Positions 11,277-20,159 of a stretch of 64,000 nucleotides of DNA are shown here, piece after piece. This stretch comes from Flavobacteriales bacterium (lineage in GTDB: Bacteria; Bacteroidota; Bacteroidia; Flavobacteriales_D; Sanyastnellaceae). The translations under genes were made by a program, and so were the position numbers. Position 1 is the first letter of the stretch. Every line of letters begins with the position of its first letter. The notes beneath the pieces are model-generated. The model ran no database searches. It worked only from the letters and a program-made list of their open reading frames with translations, and was not told where the DNA came from. The stretch lies in contig JBJXFP010000096.1 of NCBI GenBank assembly GCA_046155615.1, forward strand, positions 398 through 64,397, in the 5' to 3' direction.

Positions 11277-11888
11277 CTATGCCTCTATAAGTGATTGCAT
11301 GAAACCATGCAATTGTTCTTTGCCTGCCCTGTGTTCAGCTGATGTGAGAAAAACATTCGGCATTTCGGCAAAGTATTCACTCAGTCTTTCCAAAAATGCG
11401 TTGACGTGTTTTTCAATCATTGCAGGCTTCTGCCTGTCTGCTTTTGTAAATAGAATGGCGAATGGAATTCCTTTTTCGCCCATGTATTTGGCAAATTCTA
11501 AATCAATTTTCTGTGGTTCTATGCGCACATCTACCAGCATCATGGTGCAGCGCAGCGTTTCTCTTTCTTCAAGGTAGGTGCGTATCATCTTTTTCCATTT
11601 CGCTCTTTCGCTCAGCGAAATTTTTGCATAACCATAACCCGGCAAATCCACAATGTACCAGGGTGCTTTTTTTTCATTAATGATGAAATGATTGATAAGC
11701 CTCGTTTTGCCCGGAGTGCCTGATGTCTTAGCAAGGCTGCGCTTATCCACCAGCATGTTGATGAGGCTGCTCTTACCCACATTGCTGCGGCCTATGAATG
11801 CAATTTCTGCAAAACCCGTTTCTGGGCATTGATCTAAAAACTCTGATGATTTGGCAAAGGCCGCGGACTCAATAAACATAATGCGCAA
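11277..11888 (-). CDS. engB: Ribosome biogenesis GTP-binding protein YsxC/EngB
   Basis: G1 motif GRSNVGKSSLIN, DLPGYGYA, and G4 FTKADR. About 200 aa. Confidence 0.9.
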   Translation of the reverse strand: MRIMFIESAAFAKSSEFLDQCPETGFAEIAFIGRSNVGKSSLINMLVDKRSLAKTSGTPGKTRLINHFIINEKKAPWYIVDLPGYGYAKISLSERAKWKKMIRTYLEERETLRCTMMLVDVRIEPQKIDLEFAKYMGEKGIPFAILFTKADRQKPAMIEKHVNAFLERLSEYFAEMPNVFLTSAEHRAGKEQLHGFMQSLIEA

Positions 11889-11966
11889 AGAAAACCCGTT
11901 GATGTGTTCAACAACATCACTGTGGTGTGTGGTGATTTTGAAAGCAGGGTTATGTGATAATAAAAA

Positions 11967-12148
11967 TTGATGCTTTCCAAGTTTACAAGTAAGAGAAGCC
12001 TAAAGGGCTTCAATGTGAGTAACAGCGGGTGCCCCATAGGGGCACCCGCTGTTAATCGTATTAAAGTCTTTCAGGCTTTCGGCTTAGGTGAGGTCAGTAT
12101 TGTGCACTCGATAAATTGACTCTTACTTGTAAACTCCGAAAGAATCAA
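11967..12148. repeat. About 180 bp palindromic element (candidate structured sRNA or MITE-like element)
   Basis: Terminal inverted repeats ttgatgctttccaagtttacaagtaagag (11967-11995) and ctcttacttgtaaactccgaaagaatcaa (12120-12148). They enclose a perfect 15-bp GC-rich hairpin aacagcgggtgcccc-ata-ggggcacccgctgtt (12021-12053) and a smaller hairpin gaagcc-taaag-ggcttc. Confidence 0.3.
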
Positions 12149-12402
12149 ACTATAAAATCATGCTTTTGCATAATGCATTGCCCTGTTTGAAAATCGCATC
12201 ATTGTGCCGTGCAAAAAATGGTTGAGCTTCAAAACCTCATCACGGATGCACTTGTTCATCAAAGATTGTTTTTATCACTTGCCGAACCTTGGTTATTTAA
12301 AGGGTGTGTGTATGATGGCAATACGCCACATGTCCACGCCACCAAGGGAGGTAGCCGAAAATCCCTTAAAGAGTAGGCACTAAAACATAAACAAATAGTG
12401 TG

Positions 12403-15400
12403 ATGAAAAAAGTTTTTATTCTATTGTTACTGGCAAGCATCTGCATGAAGCCAATGCAAGGCCAGATGTATCAATCAACCAACGGAACAGGAATACAGGA
12501 AGATGCCTGGGCTGTGGTGGAAGATGCTGCGCTTGGCGCTTTCGTATCAGTGGGCAATTCGTCTTTAGCAGGCATGAGCCAACTGTGGATTTCGAGCTAT
12601 GCGGCCAATGGCACTGTGCTGACATCAGCCACTGCCACTAACAACCGCAACCTGATAGCGCGCGATATATGTATTGCGCCTGTTCATCCTTTGAATGGTC
12701 CTACCTACTACGTCACGGGATGGACGCAGATAAATTTTCAAGGCGCCATGATCAATCAAATATGGGTTGGCCGTATTGATCTGGGTGGCAATTTTATTTG
12801 GTTTCAGGAGAATCCTGTGGCAGGCCAGGGCAACGACAAAGAAGGTGTAGCCGTGGCCACTGCTCCCAATGGAGATTGCGTGGCCACAGGCCATGTGATG
12901 TGGCCCGGTGGTCCTGGTGTGCCCATCATGCCACAGGTTATCCTTACACGTTTTACAGCGATAGGTGCTATAGTGTGGAGCAATGTGTATAACCAACCGG
13001 GCTTCTGGATGGTGCGCGAAATCAATAATGGTATGGCTCCAGCGGGTACTCCCGGTATTGTCAATCCTAATGATGTTTTTGTAATAACCGGGGAGGTAGT
13101 TATTCCACCCATGTTTGGAGGCATAGGTGCGCCACAAACGTTTGTGGCTGCATACACAGGTGTGGGTGTAGAAATGTGGAGAACCATTGTGAATCAGGCT
13201 GCGCAAGTATCCACTGGTGATGCGGGATACGATGTGGTTTATGATCCAAACCTCAATGTGTACCACCTAGCCGGTGTGGCGCAATTGGGCCTCGGTCGCG
13301 CTGTGCCTGCCTCCACTCCTTATACGTGTACAGTGACTATTGCAGGGTTGGCTTTGGGCGGCACTGTGCATCTTGCTCCTACCATGGCACCTCTTGGTTT
13401 TTATCCAAGAGCTATTGCTCTTGCACCTAATAACCAACTTGTGGTTTCAGGCCCGGACTATGCAAACAACAGTGTATTCTTTGGTCAATATCCTGCTCTG
13501 GCAGGCCCGCCACCACCAATGATGTGTGTGAACTATCCCGGATTGGCAAGTGCCAACTCAGTGCCCCAGCCATTCTGGCTAAATGATGCACAGCCGGAGG
13601 GCATTATCAATACAACCATTGGAACTATTCCGGGCTTTCTCATTTCTACCAACTCATTGCCAACAGGTGCTTTTGGTATGGGCGATGCTCATTTCATAAG
13701 CACCAATGTTACCGGACAAACTCCTACCACTTGCCCTGCTGTGCCCATTCCAAGTATCGCAGTTAATGGTCAACAACAGGTTTTTGTTCCCTCTGCTCCA
13801 ATCAATTTGTTGGCCTGGGCAATGGCACCTATGGTCAATGCACCCTACCCTATTCAGCAGCAGCAGTGTTTGGATCCATGCATTGTGAGTGCTTCCTTCA
13901 CTGCTACTGTGTCCGGACAGACTGTTACATTCAACAATACAAGCACCGGCAACGGTACGCTCTCTTATGCATGGGCATTTGGCGATGGTAACACCAGCGC
14001 ATTGCCAAATCCTGTGCATACCTATGCAGGTGCCGGGCCATACACCGCTTGCCTTACAGTTACCAATACCAACGCATCCGGTATTACATGCACGGCTACC
14101 TTCTGCCAGACATTTACATTTTGCAATGTGAATGCGGACTTCACATTCACACTCAATTGCAAGACTGCCACATTCACCAATGCTACCACCGGCACCGGGC
14201 CTTTCACGTATAGCTGGCTTTATCCTGATGGCACTACATCTACTGCTACCAACCCTGTAAAAGTGTTTGCTGCATGTGGCAATTACAATGTGCGCCTCAT
14301 TGCTTGCAATGCAACTTGCTGCGATACGATCATCAAAACAGTAAGTATTGCATGCTGCAATGCGGCAGTAGACTTCTGCCTGCAAGCCACAGGGCGTGCA
14401 GTTACCTTGAACAACAACACTACGGTGAACCCAACCACGGGCACTACCTACACAGTATTCGTAGATGGCGTGCTTACCTCTTGGACTAACAACACGGCCA
14501 AAACACTGCTTGCAGGTGCACATACCATATGTGTAAAAGCACGCAGAATTATTTGTGGAGATACCTGTTGCGCCACTTGTTGTAAAGCAATAACTGTAAG
14601 TGATCAGTGTGCACTCAATACCAGCTTCTGGCATCAGGTGCAGGGCGGTCTTGGTGTATTGTTTACCAACAAAAGCACCGGCACCAATACTACCAGTACT
14701 ACCTACCTGTGGGAGTTTGGCGATGGCACCACTTCTACATTGCTGGCACCTGCGGTGAAAACCTATGCCACACCCGGCACTTACACCGCATGCCTTACGG
14801 TAACAAAAGTGAATGCACCTGCTGACACTTGCCGCGAGAAGATGTGCAGACAAATAATAGTGGAAGCGCCCTGCGCTGTGCTGGCCAAATACAAAACGAA
14901 GATTTGTATTGCTGCACCGCTTACTGTGGAGTTCACCAACCAATCAGTAGGTGGTGTTACCTACGATTGGAATTTTGGTGACGGCAACACAAGCACAGCC
15001 ACCAACCCAACCCACACTTATGCAGCCGCTGGCACCTACATTGTTTGCCTAAAGGCCACAGTAAATGGCGGATGCTGGTCGCTGGCTTGTCACCAAGTGC
15101 GCGTGAGCACTGTAACGTGCAACAACAGTTGCAGCACGCTGCCCGGTGCTCCTTCATTCTTAAATGGTGATAGCGAGAGCAATGGCGAGGGATATGTGGA
15201 GCCTGAAATGAATGATTGGACGTACTCCAACTCAGCGGATGATGTGCAGGAGAAAAAATCGGGTGAAGAGGAAATGAAAACTTCATTGAACCTGTTCCCT
15301 AATCCTGCCAACGATGAAATAAATGTGATGCTTGAAACGCAGGGCGAAGACAATGCGCAGATAACCATACTGAGTGCAAGTGGCGAAATAGTGCATCAGT

Positions 15401-15534
15401 CGCAGCGCATGTTTTATGCAGGCACACAACAGGTAGAAATATCCACACAGCACTTTGCTGATGGACTTTATCACCTCACCATTACCCTGAACGATGAAGT
15501 GCTGACCAAACACTTTGTAGTGACAAAGCAATAG
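12403..15534 (+). CDS. Large secreted protein: N-terminal beta-rich region, four PKD domains, T9SS type A C-terminal sorting domain
   Basis: Signal peptide MKKVFILLLLASICMKPMQGQ. Four PKD signatures (WAFGDGNTS, WLYPDGTTS, WEFGDGTTS, WNFGDGNTS). The C-terminus LNLFPNPANDEINVML...LYHLTITLNDEVLTKHFVVTKQ resembles the Por secretion CTD. Confidence 0.8.
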   Translation: MKKVFILLLLASICMKPMQGQMYQSTNGTGIQEDAWAVVEDAALGAFVSVGNSSLAGMSQLWISSYAANGTVLTSATATNNRNLIARDICIAPVHPLNGPTYYVTGWTQINFQGAMINQIWVGRIDLGGNFIWFQENPVAGQGNDKEGVAVATAPNGDCVATGHVMWPGGPGVPIMPQVILTRFTAIGAIVWSNVYNQPGFWMVREINNGMAPAGTPGIVNPNDVFVITGEVVIPPMFGGIGAPQTFVAAYTGVGVEMWRTIVNQAAQVSTGDAGYDVVYDPNLNVYHLAGVAQLGLGRAVPASTPYTCTVTIAGLALGGTVHLAPTMAPLGFYPRAIALAPNNQLVVSGPDYANNSVFFGQYPALAGPPPPMMCVNYPGLASANSVPQPFWLNDAQPEGIINTTIGTIPGFLISTNSLPTGAFGMGDAHFISTNVTGQTPTTCPAVPIPSIAVNGQQQVFVPSAPINLLAWAMAPMVNAPYPIQQQQCLDPCIVSASFTATVSGQTVTFNNTSTGNGTLSYAWAFGDGNTSALPNPVHTYAGAGPYTACLTVTNTNASGITCTATFCQTFTFCNVNADFTFTLNCKTATFTNATTGTGPFTYSWLYPDGTTSTATNPVKVFAACGNYNVRLIACNATCCDTIIKTVSIACCNAAVDFCLQATGRAVTLNNNTTVNPTTGTTYTVFVDGVLTSWTNNTAKTLLAGAHTICVKARRIICGDTCCATCCKAITVSDQCALNTSFWHQVQGGLGVLFTNKSTGTNTTSTTYLWEFGDGTTSTLLAPAVKTYATPGTYTACLTVTKVNAPADTCREKMCRQIIVEAPCAVLAKYKTKICIAAPLTVEFTNQSVGGVTYDWNFGDGNTSTATNPTHTYAAAGTYIVCLKATVNGGCWSLACHQVRVSTVTCNNSCSTLPGAPSFLNGDSESNGEGYVEPEMNDWTYSNSADDVQEKKSGEEEMKTSLNLFPNPANDEINVMLETQGEDNAQITILSASGEIVHQSQRMFYAGTQQVEISTQHFADGLYHLTITLNDEVLTKHFVVTKQ

Positions 15535-15566
15535 GTCAGTTTGTTTTTCTCCATAACCAAAAAGTC

Positions 15567-15592
15567 AAAAGCCGCTCGTGAGGGCGGCTTTT
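15567..15592. terminator. Bidirectional rho-independent terminator between convergent genes
   Basis: Stem aaaagccgc / gcggctttt, with an A tract on the 5' side and a T tract on the 3' side. Confidence 0.7.
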
Positions 15593-15615
15593 GGTTTTCA
15601 TTCAATTTGAAAGAT

Positions 15616-16377
15616 TCATAAACCTTTTTCCTTCAACCACTTTTCCAGCAACTCATTAAAAAGTGTGGGATGCTCCATCATGGGTGCGTGGCCACATTCG
15701 TCTATCCAATACAAGGTGGCATTGGGCAGCAGTTGACTGAATTCCTCAGCCACCTCCGGTGGAGTGATGGTGTCATTTTTTCCCCAGATAAGGCAGGCAG
15801 GCATTTTCATGTTGGGGAGATCTTTGGCCATGTTGTGGCGTATGGCGCTTTTGGCTAATGCCAATATGCGCAGCACACGGTTGCGATCGTTTACTACTTC
15901 GAAACATTCGTTAACCAACTCATCGGTAGCATGGCTGGGATCGTAAAATGTGACTGCTACTTTCTGGCGGATGAATTCTTTGTCCTCTCTGCGGGGAAAG
16001 CTGCTGCCAAAAGCATTTTCATATAAACCGCTGCTTGCGGTGAGAATAAGTGAACTTACTTTTTCAGGAAACTCTTTGGTGTAAACCAGTGCTACGTGTC
16101 CGCCCAGCGAGTTGCCAAGGAGGTTCACCTTGTCCCATTTTTTATGATTGATAAAATCGCGCAGAAAGTGAGCGAGCGACTTGACACCTGTGGTGAGCAC
16201 GGGCATGGTGTAGAGCGGCAGCATGGGTATCACCACTTTGTGGGTTTTAGAAAAGTGATTTACTACATCGCGAAAATTGCTGAGTGCCCCAAACAAGCCA
16301 TGAAGCAGTATGATGACTTTGCCCTCACCTTGTTCTATGTATCTGAAACCCGACTCTTCTTTGATAGGATAGTCCAT
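15616..16377 (-). CDS. Alpha/beta-fold hydrolase
   Basis: HGLFG oxyanion region, nucleophile elbow GNSLGGHVA, and a C-terminal His in CGHAPMMEHP. Confidence 0.8.
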   Translation of the reverse strand: MDYPIKEESGFRYIEQGEGKVIILLHGLFGALSNFRDVVNHFSKTHKVVIPMLPLYTMPVLTTGVKSLAHFLRDFINHKKWDKVNLLGNSLGGHVALVYTKEFPEKVSSLILTASSGLYENAFGSSFPRREDKEFIRQKVAVTFYDPSHATDELVNECFEVVNDRNRVLRILALAKSAIRHNMAKDLPNMKMPACLIWGKNDTITPPEVAEEFSQLLPNATLYWIDECGHAPMMEHPTLFNELLEKWLKEKGL

Positions 16378-16479
16378 AAAAAATATTGTGCGCTAAGGCT
16401 GCTGTCAAACATAGATGTTTTTTGAGACTGTAATGAAATCGAAGTCCGGTAAGCACAAAATATTTTGCGCGTTGTGTGC

Positions 16480-17673
16480 TCAGTTCTTGATGGCTGCTAT
16501 ACCGGGCAGGTCAATGCCCTCCAGCGCTTCCAGCATGGCACCTCCTCCGGTGCTTACGTAAGAAACTTTGTGAGCAAGGCCAAATTGATTTACTGCTGCT
16601 ACGCTGTCACCACCACCTACAAGGGTAAATGCACCTGCGGCTGTGGCCCCGGCCAATGCATCAGCAATGGCTTTGGTGCCGTGTGCAAATTTTTCCATTT
16701 CGAACACACCCATGGGGCCATTCCAAAGTATGGTTTTCGATTTCAGAATGACCTGGCAGAATGTTTCAATGGATTTGCTGCCGATGTCTAAGCCCATCCA
16801 ACCAGAAGGAATATTGTTGCTCTCTGCTGTTGCATGGTTTGCATCGCTGGCAAACTTGTCGGCCACTACGGAATCGACAGGGAGGTAAATATTGACGCCT
16901 TTTTCTTTCGCATTCACCATAAGTGATTGGGCCATTTCCAATTTGTCGTCTTCTACAAGCGAGTTGCCTACGGTGCCACCTTGTGCTTTGAAGAAGGTGT
17001 AAGCCATTCCGCCACCTATGATGATGTTGTCAACGCGATTCAACAAATTTTCGAGTATCGAAATTTTACTTGAAACCTTGCTGCCACCGATGATGGCTGT
17101 AACAGGCCTGGCTGTGGAGTTGAGCACACGATCTATGCTTTGCACTTCGTCTTCCATCAGGTAGCCAAAGAGTTTGTCGGTAGGGAAAAACTTAGCAATG
17201 ACTGCTGTGCTTGCATGAGCACGGTGTGCTGTGCCAAAAGCATCATTCACATACACATCACCATTCTCTGCAAGCTGGCCTGCAAAAAATTCATCACCTG
17301 CTTCTTCTTCTTTGTAGAAGCGAAGATTTTCAAGCAAGGCTACTTCGCCATTTTGCAATGAGTTCACCACTGTGCTTGCATTGTCACCAATACAGTCAAT
17401 AGCAAATTTTACTTCAGCACCCAACAGTGTTGAAGTGTGATGCACAAGATGTTTCAATGAGAATTTTTCCTCGGGGCCGCCTTTGGGTCTGCCCAGATGC
17501 GACATGAGCACCACGCGTCCACCATCGTTTATGATTTTGCGAATGGATTTGAGCGCAGCGCGTATGCGTGTGTCATCGGTGATGTTGAAGTTGTCATCCA
17601 TAGGCACATTGAAATCAACGCGGACTAAAGCGCGCTTGCCATGGAAGTTGTAGGAGTCTATTTGGTAGTTCAT
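16480..17673 (-). CDS. pgk: Phosphoglycerate kinase
   Basis: [15 protein letters not shown] and GGGDS..A motifs. 397 aa. Confidence 0.95.
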   Translation of the reverse strand: MNYQIDSYNFHGKRALVRVDFNVPMDDNFNITDDTRIRAALKSIRKIINDGGRVVLMSHLGRPKGGPEEKFSLKHLVHHTSTLLGAEVKFAIDCIGDNASTVVNSLQNGEVALLENLRFYKEEEAGDEFFAGQLAENGDVYVNDAFGTAHRAHASTAVIAKFFPTDKLFGYLMEDEVQSIDRVLNSTARPVTAIIGGSKVSSKISILENLLNRVDNIIIGGGMAYTFFKAQGGTVGNSLVEDDKLEMAQSLMVNAKEKGVNIYLPVDSVVADKFASDANHATAESNNIPSGWMGLDIGSKSIETFCQVILKSKTILWNGPMGVFEMEKFAHGTKAIADALAGATAAGAFTLVGGGDSVAAVNQFGLAHKVSYVSTGGGAMLEALEGIDLPGIAAIKN

Positions 17674-17687
17674 AAGTAAACTCTATA

Positions 17688-17766
17688 GAACACGGATGAC
17701 GCGGATTGGATGGATTCTCACAGATTATATCAGTGTAAATCTGTTCAATCTGTGTCATCTGTGTTC
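17688..17766 (+). other. 29-bp imperfect hairpin in the accC-pgk spacer, stable only as plus-strand RNA
   Basis: Positions 17688-17716 pair with 17738-17766, giving 23 Watson-Crick pairs plus 6 G-T pairs and no other mismatches. On the minus strand the six G-T positions become C-A mismatches. Confidence 0.4.
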
Positions 17767-17772
17767 CAACAA

Positions 17773-19107
17773 TTACATCTCGAAGGTTTCCAGAAACTTG
17801 GTAGTGAAATCACCAGAGCGGAATTTGGGATCCTTCATCAGTTTTTGATGGAATGGAATGGTTGTCTTCACGCCTTCTATGATGTACTCGTCCAAGGCGC
17901 GCTCCATTTTGGTGATGGCTTCTTCACGCGTTTGAGCCACTACTATCAGTTTGGAAATCATGCTGTCATAGTGCGGGGGAATGACATAGCCTGCGTAAGC
18001 ATGTGTGTCAAGCCTTACGCCATGGCCACCGGGCGAGTGATAGCTTGTGATTTTGCCGGGTGATGGTGCAAAATTTTTGTAAGGGTCTTCAGCATTGATG
18101 CGGCATTGTATGCTGTGCATTTTCGGGTAATAGTTGCGGCCTGAGATGGGGTCGCCTGCGGCAAGTTTTATTTGTTCTTTTACTAAGTCGTAGTTTATTA
18201 CTTCTTCGGTGATGGTGTGCTCCACTTGTATGCGTGTGTTCATCTCCATGAAGTAGAAATCTCGGTTTTTGTCCACCAAAAATTCCACTGTGCCAACGCC
18301 TTCATACTTCACAGCTTCGGCTGCTTTGATTGCGGCCTGTCCCATTTTTTCGCGCAGCTCATCGGTCATGAAAGGTGATGGTGTCTCTTCGCAAAGTTTT
18401 TGGTGTCTGCGTTGAATGCTACAGTCGCGCTCGCTCAGGTGGCAGGCTTTGCCGTATTGGTCTCCGGCTATTTGTATTTCAATGTGGCGTGGTTCTTCTA
18501 CGAATTTCTCCATGTACATGCCATCGTTGCCAAAGGCTGCGGCTGCTTCGCGTCTGGTTTTGTCCCATGCATCTTCCACATCAGCATCGTTGTGGCATAC
18601 ACGCATGCCTTTGCCGCCACCGCCTGCTGTAGCTTTCATCATCACGGGATACTTGATGCGATTGGCAACGTCTTTGGCCTGCTCCAGACTTTCCAATATA
18701 CCGGCACTGCCCGGTATGCAAGGCACACCTGCATCTATCATGGTTTGTTTGGCTGAGGATTTGTCGCCCATCGCATCTATCATCTCTGGCGATGCGCCTA
18801 TGAATTTGATTCCATTCTCTTTGCACACTTTGCTGAATGTAGCATTCTCACTCAGGAATCCGTAGCCCGGATGTATGGCATCGGCATTGGTTATTTCAGC
18901 CGCGGCTATGATGCTTGGAATTTTCAGATAGCTCTCCTTGCTGGGTGGTGGGCCAATACATACGGCCTCATCAGCAAAGCGCACATGCAGGCTGTCTCTA
19001 TCGGCAGTGCTATAAACTGCTACGGTGGAAATGCCCATCTCTTTGCAAGTGCGGATAACGCGCAAGGCGATTTCTCCGCGGTTGGCTATCAGTATTTTTT
19101 TAAACAT
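17773..19107 (-). CDS. accC: Acetyl-CoA carboxylase, biotin carboxylase subunit
   Basis: [26 protein letters not shown] plus ATP-grasp motifs. 444 aa. Lies downstream of accB. Confidence 0.95.
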   Translation of the reverse strand: MFKKILIANRGEIALRVIRTCKEMGISTVAVYSTADRDSLHVRFADEAVCIGPPPSKESYLKIPSIIAAAEITNADAIHPGYGFLSENATFSKVCKENGIKFIGASPEMIDAMGDKSSAKQTMIDAGVPCIPGSAGILESLEQAKDVANRIKYPVMMKATAGGGGKGMRVCHNDADVEDAWDKTRREAAAAFGNDGMYMEKFVEEPRHIEIQIAGDQYGKACHLSERDCSIQRRHQKLCEETPSPFMTDELREKMGQAAIKAAEAVKYEGVGTVEFLVDKNRDFYFMEMNTRIQVEHTITEEVINYDLVKEQIKLAAGDPISGRNYYPKMHSIQCRINAEDPYKNFAPSPGKITSYHSPGGHGVRLDTHAYAGYVIPPHYDSMISKLIVVAQTREEAITKMERALDEYIIEGVKTTIPFHQKLMKDPKFRSGDFTTKFLETFEM

Positions 19108-19137
19108 GAGGAGTCAATTTGAAAATTTGGTGATTTA

Positions 19138-19270
19138 TTGACTTGTTGACTTGTTGATTTGGCGCCACCTTATCGATTTGTATTCACTTTTCGAATATGC
19201 TGATTAGGGCTATTAACTCATGCTCACTTAGAAGCAATTCACAAACCTCTAAATCAACAAGTCAACAAAT
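19138..19270. repeat. Perfect 18-bp inverted repeat bracketing the accB-accC spacer; the left arm is part of an 8-mer tandem (ttgacttg x2 plus ttgatttg)
   Basis: ttgttgacttgttgattt at 19143-19160 is the exact reverse complement of 19253-19270. Confidence 0.5.
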
Positions 19271-19767
19271 TAGTTGGGTTCAACCAAGAACAACGGTTGG
19301 TCGTACTCCACCGGAGTGTTGTCGTTCACAAGTACTTTTACAATTGTGCCGCTCACTTCACTTTCTATTTCGTTGAAGAGTTTCATGGCTTCGATGATGC
19401 AAACAGGCGAACCGGCTTTTATGCTTGCGCCTACCTCTACAAATGAAGGCTTGTCAGGTCCGGCACTGCGGTAGAATGTGCCAATCATGGGCGACTTTAT
19501 TTCTATTAGGTTGCCTTTGCTTTCACCTTCGGGTGCTGCTGATGGGGCTGCCGGTGCTACTGCGGGGGCTGGTGCAGCTACCGATGCCATGACAGGTGCC
19601 GCTATCATCTGTGGCATAGCTACCGGCATCATTTCCTGTCCCCGTCCTTTGCGCTCCGGCTCGTGTGTTTTGATGGTGATTTTAAAATCTTTCTGCTCTA
19701 TCTCCACTTCACTTACACCACTCTTGCTCACAAACTTGATGAGGTCTTGAATTTGAGTAATATTCAT
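19270..19767 (-). CDS. accB: Acetyl-CoA carboxylase, biotin carboxyl carrier protein
   Basis: Ala/Pro-rich linker and the biotinylation motif IIEAMKLFNEI. Confidence 0.9.
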   Translation of the reverse strand: MNITQIQDLIKFVSKSGVSEVEIEQKDFKITIKTHEPERKGRGQEMMPVAMPQMIAAPVMASVAAPAPAVAPAAPSAAPEGESKGNLIEIKSPMIGTFYRSAGPDKPSFVEVGASIKAGSPVCIIEAMKLFNEIESEVSGTIVKVLVNDNTPVEYDQPLFLVEPN

Positions 19768-20159
19768 TGGGCTTTCTGATTTGGTTCTGTTCTATTATGA
19801 AAATGTCAAGGTTTTGAAAGTCGGCAAATGTATATGCAGTCAGGTTATCTGATTACTGCAAGCACCATGGGGCATTACTCAGGTATTTTCATGAACCATT
19901 GCAGCGGTATATCGGCCAGTTACCCGTCTCGATGTTCAGGTTTTCTATTTCAAATTGTCCGGTGGGGGTGTTTGCTGTTTTGATTGTCAATACTTCCAAA
20001 TGATGATAGACTGCCCTAAAGCAAACCGTTCACCTGCCGTTGAGTGCAACTCACCATTTTCTTTCATTTTTTTCAAATGCGAGATCAAACATTCGCGGCC
20101 TGTTTTCCCATTCAATATCACTTTCTGAAATCAATATGCGCTCCCAACTTATACCAATT

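Noticed and set aside
13654-14943. 429 aa ORF on the minus strand inside the PKD protein gene
   Set aside because: It is fully antisense to a gene with clear PKD domains and a T9SS CTD. The translation is Cys/Gly/Arg-rich with no motif, which fits a shadow ORF of a Thr/Ala/Gly-rich coding region.
19768-20135. Possible riboswitch upstream of the TonB-dependent receptor
   Set aside because: I recognised no conserved riboswitch core (cobalamin, TPP, etc.). The region is long but offers no supporting structure I could verify by eye.
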